This document shows, in pieces, positions 61,010-64,000 of a DNA stretch of 64,000 nucleotides. The DNA lies in assembly GCA_951406725.2 (NCBI GenBank), contig OX597835.1:44206001-44270000 (forward strand), given 5' to 3'. Source of the DNA: Octopus vulgaris. Taxonomy: Eukaryota. Numbering within the stretch: the first letter of the stretch is position 1; each line of letters opens with the position of its first letter. The position numbers were made by a program, and so were the translations under genes. The notes beneath the pieces were generated by a model that saw nothing but the letters and a program-made list of their open reading frames with translations, had not been told where the DNA came from and did not search any database.

Positions 61010-61275
61010 ATTTTTTCCTTCTTTCTTAAAATTTTCTTCCGTTTCTCGCCGGGTGTTTTCCGTACACCTAGGGCAGAGAAGCTCATTGTATGTATTCCCA
61101 TATTATACACGCATGTTTACATGTAAAACATGTATTTAAAAAATTAATAAATAAATAAATTCATGAATGGATGTTGTTTTCACAGCGATAATGCTCTTCT
61201 CAGTACATGAGCCGTTCCTGTTAACACGATATTTTGCACTTCCTATAGCGATGGTAAGCCTGGTATCATTTATTG
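61010..61275 (-). mobile_element. 5'-truncated R4/Dong-like 3' end inserted in (AAT)n
   Basis: 61269-61180 translates MIPGLPSL*EVQNIVLTGTAHVLRRALSL*, followed by a 3' UTR; AAT repeats on both sides. Confidence 0.78.
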
Positions 61276-62145
61276 TTATAATCATTATTATTATTATTAT
61301 TCAGGACACTGGCTGGAATCGAAATCGGAATCTTGAGGTTAGTAGCCCGCGCTCTTAACCAGTACGCCATATGCCCGTCAAATGTAAATAACGTTGCTAA
61401 TGTACATAATTCCTCATCTCTCAAATATAGAACTGTAACATCTTCCAACTCTCCCAGTCTCTTCTGTTCAGTAGTATTTCTACCAATATGTAGGTCTTTT
61501 GATTACAAAAGAACCTTCGAGATGGATCTTTTAGTTACTATCCCATTCACAAGATAAATTACAAGTTCTGTTAACGTTGCCATTCAACTCACGGTTTGGC
61601 GGGAAGATCTGTATATATGCATCATCCATTTAGTTATATTTTTATAGGTATTCAGAATCTATCTCTACGCCCCACCCCACCGGTACTACTGTAGCACTGA
61701 GCGTAATAGTGAAATCACAAACAGAGGGCCTCATGACGGGTTCAATTCCGACCTTTGAAAGTGTTTCATTCGGATGCATTTAATTTTGCTGTCTTTGTTT
61801 AACAATGCCGTTGAGATTGACGTCTTATTACAAAAAAAGACACATAAATATATTCGTGTATATCTGTACTCGCATTTCCAGTTTTTTGCATGTATACGCA
61901 TGCATGTATACCGCATACAAGCGGTATATGCGTGTGTGTGTATGTGTGTGTGTGTGTGTGTGTGTGTTTGTATTATTTAATAACAATCTGATTCGGCTCC
62001 ATGCAACTTAGAGTTTCCTGCGATAAAATCTAACTCATCAGGCTTGTAGAACGGAATTGGTTCTGTGAGCCCGAGGAGGAAGCTACGAAAATTAAAATTA
62101 GTTGGAGCTGAATCAAACTTATTATTACACACACATACATAAATA

Positions 62146-62193
<48 letters not shown>

Positions 62194-62212
62194 TATATAC
62201 ATATATATATAC

Positions 62213-62282
<70 letters not shown>

Positions 62283-62503
62283 GCCTGTCTGTCTGTCTAT
62301 CTATATATCTATCTGTATATATATGGAGTCATTCACTCGTGAATTTCATCATCACACACAACATGGACAAAATTTCTTCTTAAGAAAAAATATATATTCA
62401 AATAAGTAAAACATAATATCATGAATAGCGATAGCGAAACCGGTCGATATATTAAAAATTATATTAAAACTATGTAAGTGTGCGTATTTTCCTTTTTTAA
62501 TTT

Positions 62504-62595
<92 letters not shown>

Positions 62596-63173
62596 GTGTA
62601 TCTGCGCGCTTGTGTGTTCAGATGTAAGTATACACAGAAGCCTCCTCTCCAGTATAATTTCTTAACAAAAGCCTTCGATCCAATGACATCTGTAGACCGT
62701 CAAGTGTCCCATATGTTTTAAGTATGCCTAATTCTCCTCGTGCATAATGAGCAATGTTCATGTCAGAGAAATATACTGGATTCCACATACTTTTTAATCT
62801 GTCCTGGTAGCTACCGTTATGGAAAAAAAACAAACATTCGTCAATATATAGTTATATTTACGGTACATTAAATGGAACATTGAAGGAACAAAATTTCTTT
62901 TGCATAGGGCGTTGGTTTGGGAAGCAGTAAATTTCGCGTTCTGTTAAACATACAGAGATTTTTTTCAGTGAAACTCCATTACTATATCAACGAAAAATTC
63001 GCTTAGAGATTTACAAACATACATATTTACATACATACATACATACCTAAATACATACATACATACATATATATATATATATTTATATATATACACGCAC
63101 ACATATGCACTTAAATATGTGTGTGTATACACTGATATGCATCTTTGTGTATATATATAAATATGTATGCATG

Positions 63174-63214
<41 letters not shown>

Positions 63215-63270
63215 GCATATATATATGTTTATATATTTATATGTATTCTAAATTTATATATGTATAAATG

Positions 63271-63311
<41 letters not shown>

Positions 63312-63774
63312 TAGTTATATCTATTCTGTATGGTATATATACATATACATGTTATGCTTATGTGCGTACAATCAAGCTGCTTTAATGTATGTACATGTAT
63401 GCATTCCTGTATGCATGTATATAAGTATATATGTCTACATTTGTATAGAAGCATATAGACCTATATTATACATACATATGTAGCATATATACATATGTGT
63501 GTTTCTGTGTCTGTGCACGCTTGCTTACACATATCCTCATACTAACTTTGCCAGCTCTCAGTGACAAATGCATATACATAAACAAGCATATACACACATA
63601 TCCAATATACATATCTAACCACCAAATATAAGTATGGATACTTTTTAAGTTCAATATATCAATTATTAGTTTAACTTTGCATTAAAGTTAATCAATCAAT
63701 CTATATATCTATCTGCTTATCTACATTTTTATCCAAGAGTCACACACATGTATATATATACATACCTACACACA

Positions 63775-63841
<67 letters not shown>

Positions 63842-64000
63842 AGTGTATATATAAAAAAAATTGATAAATATATAAATATATATCATACGTAGGCATATGG
63901 TTAATGTACATTTGTGCATATATATAGGAGCATATGTATATGTGTCTATGTGAGTATACAGATGCACACACATAAATAGATATAATATACATTCATACAG

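Larger units (their letters stand above)
60716..61440 (-). mobile_element. Composite SINE-like element: tRNA head, (AAT)n, hammerhead and tail, with an inverted tail copy at the 5' end
   Basis: Head 61377-61300 (tggcgtactgg, atttcgattcc); hammerhead 60848-60803; ccgtcaaatgtaaataa at 61375 is the inverse of 60761-60777. Confidence 0.65.

Noticed and set aside
62618-62833. 71-aa minus-strand ORF in unique sequence
   Set aside because: No recognisable homology and no convincing splice-site pair; the same applies to the ORFs at 22216, 53453 and 54539.

Overview
This is AT-rich, microsatellite-saturated eukaryotic non-coding DNA (intergenic or deep intronic). The SINE repertoire suggests an octopod cephalopod, but that is an inference. 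No intact host protein-coding gene could be supported, and almost all ORFs in the track are translations of (TA)n, (CA)n, (TCTA)n, (AAT)n and (ACC)n repeats. Recognisable content: many tRNA-derived SINEs (CORE-like and Meta-like families, including a recurring dimer), a decayed Tc1 transposase, a non-autonomous Helitron, a hAT MITE with an 8-bp TSD, 5'-truncated RTE and Tx1/L1 LINEs, four R4/Dong-like RLE retrotransposon fragments tied to (AAT)n arrays, and a 5'-truncated Penelope-like element (RT thumb plus GIY-YIG) with an inverted pLTR. The main unexplained signal is a dense set of roughly 15 full or partial minimal hammerhead-ribozyme motifs. They sit in several families of short fold-back elements, mostly embedded in (TA)n tracts. 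They include a family with a compensatory G3-C8 core, a family with U at position 6, and a tRNA-promoter plus hammerhead SINE-like element with a Penelope-style inverted tail. All alignments were read by eye, so the boundaries of decayed elements are approximate.
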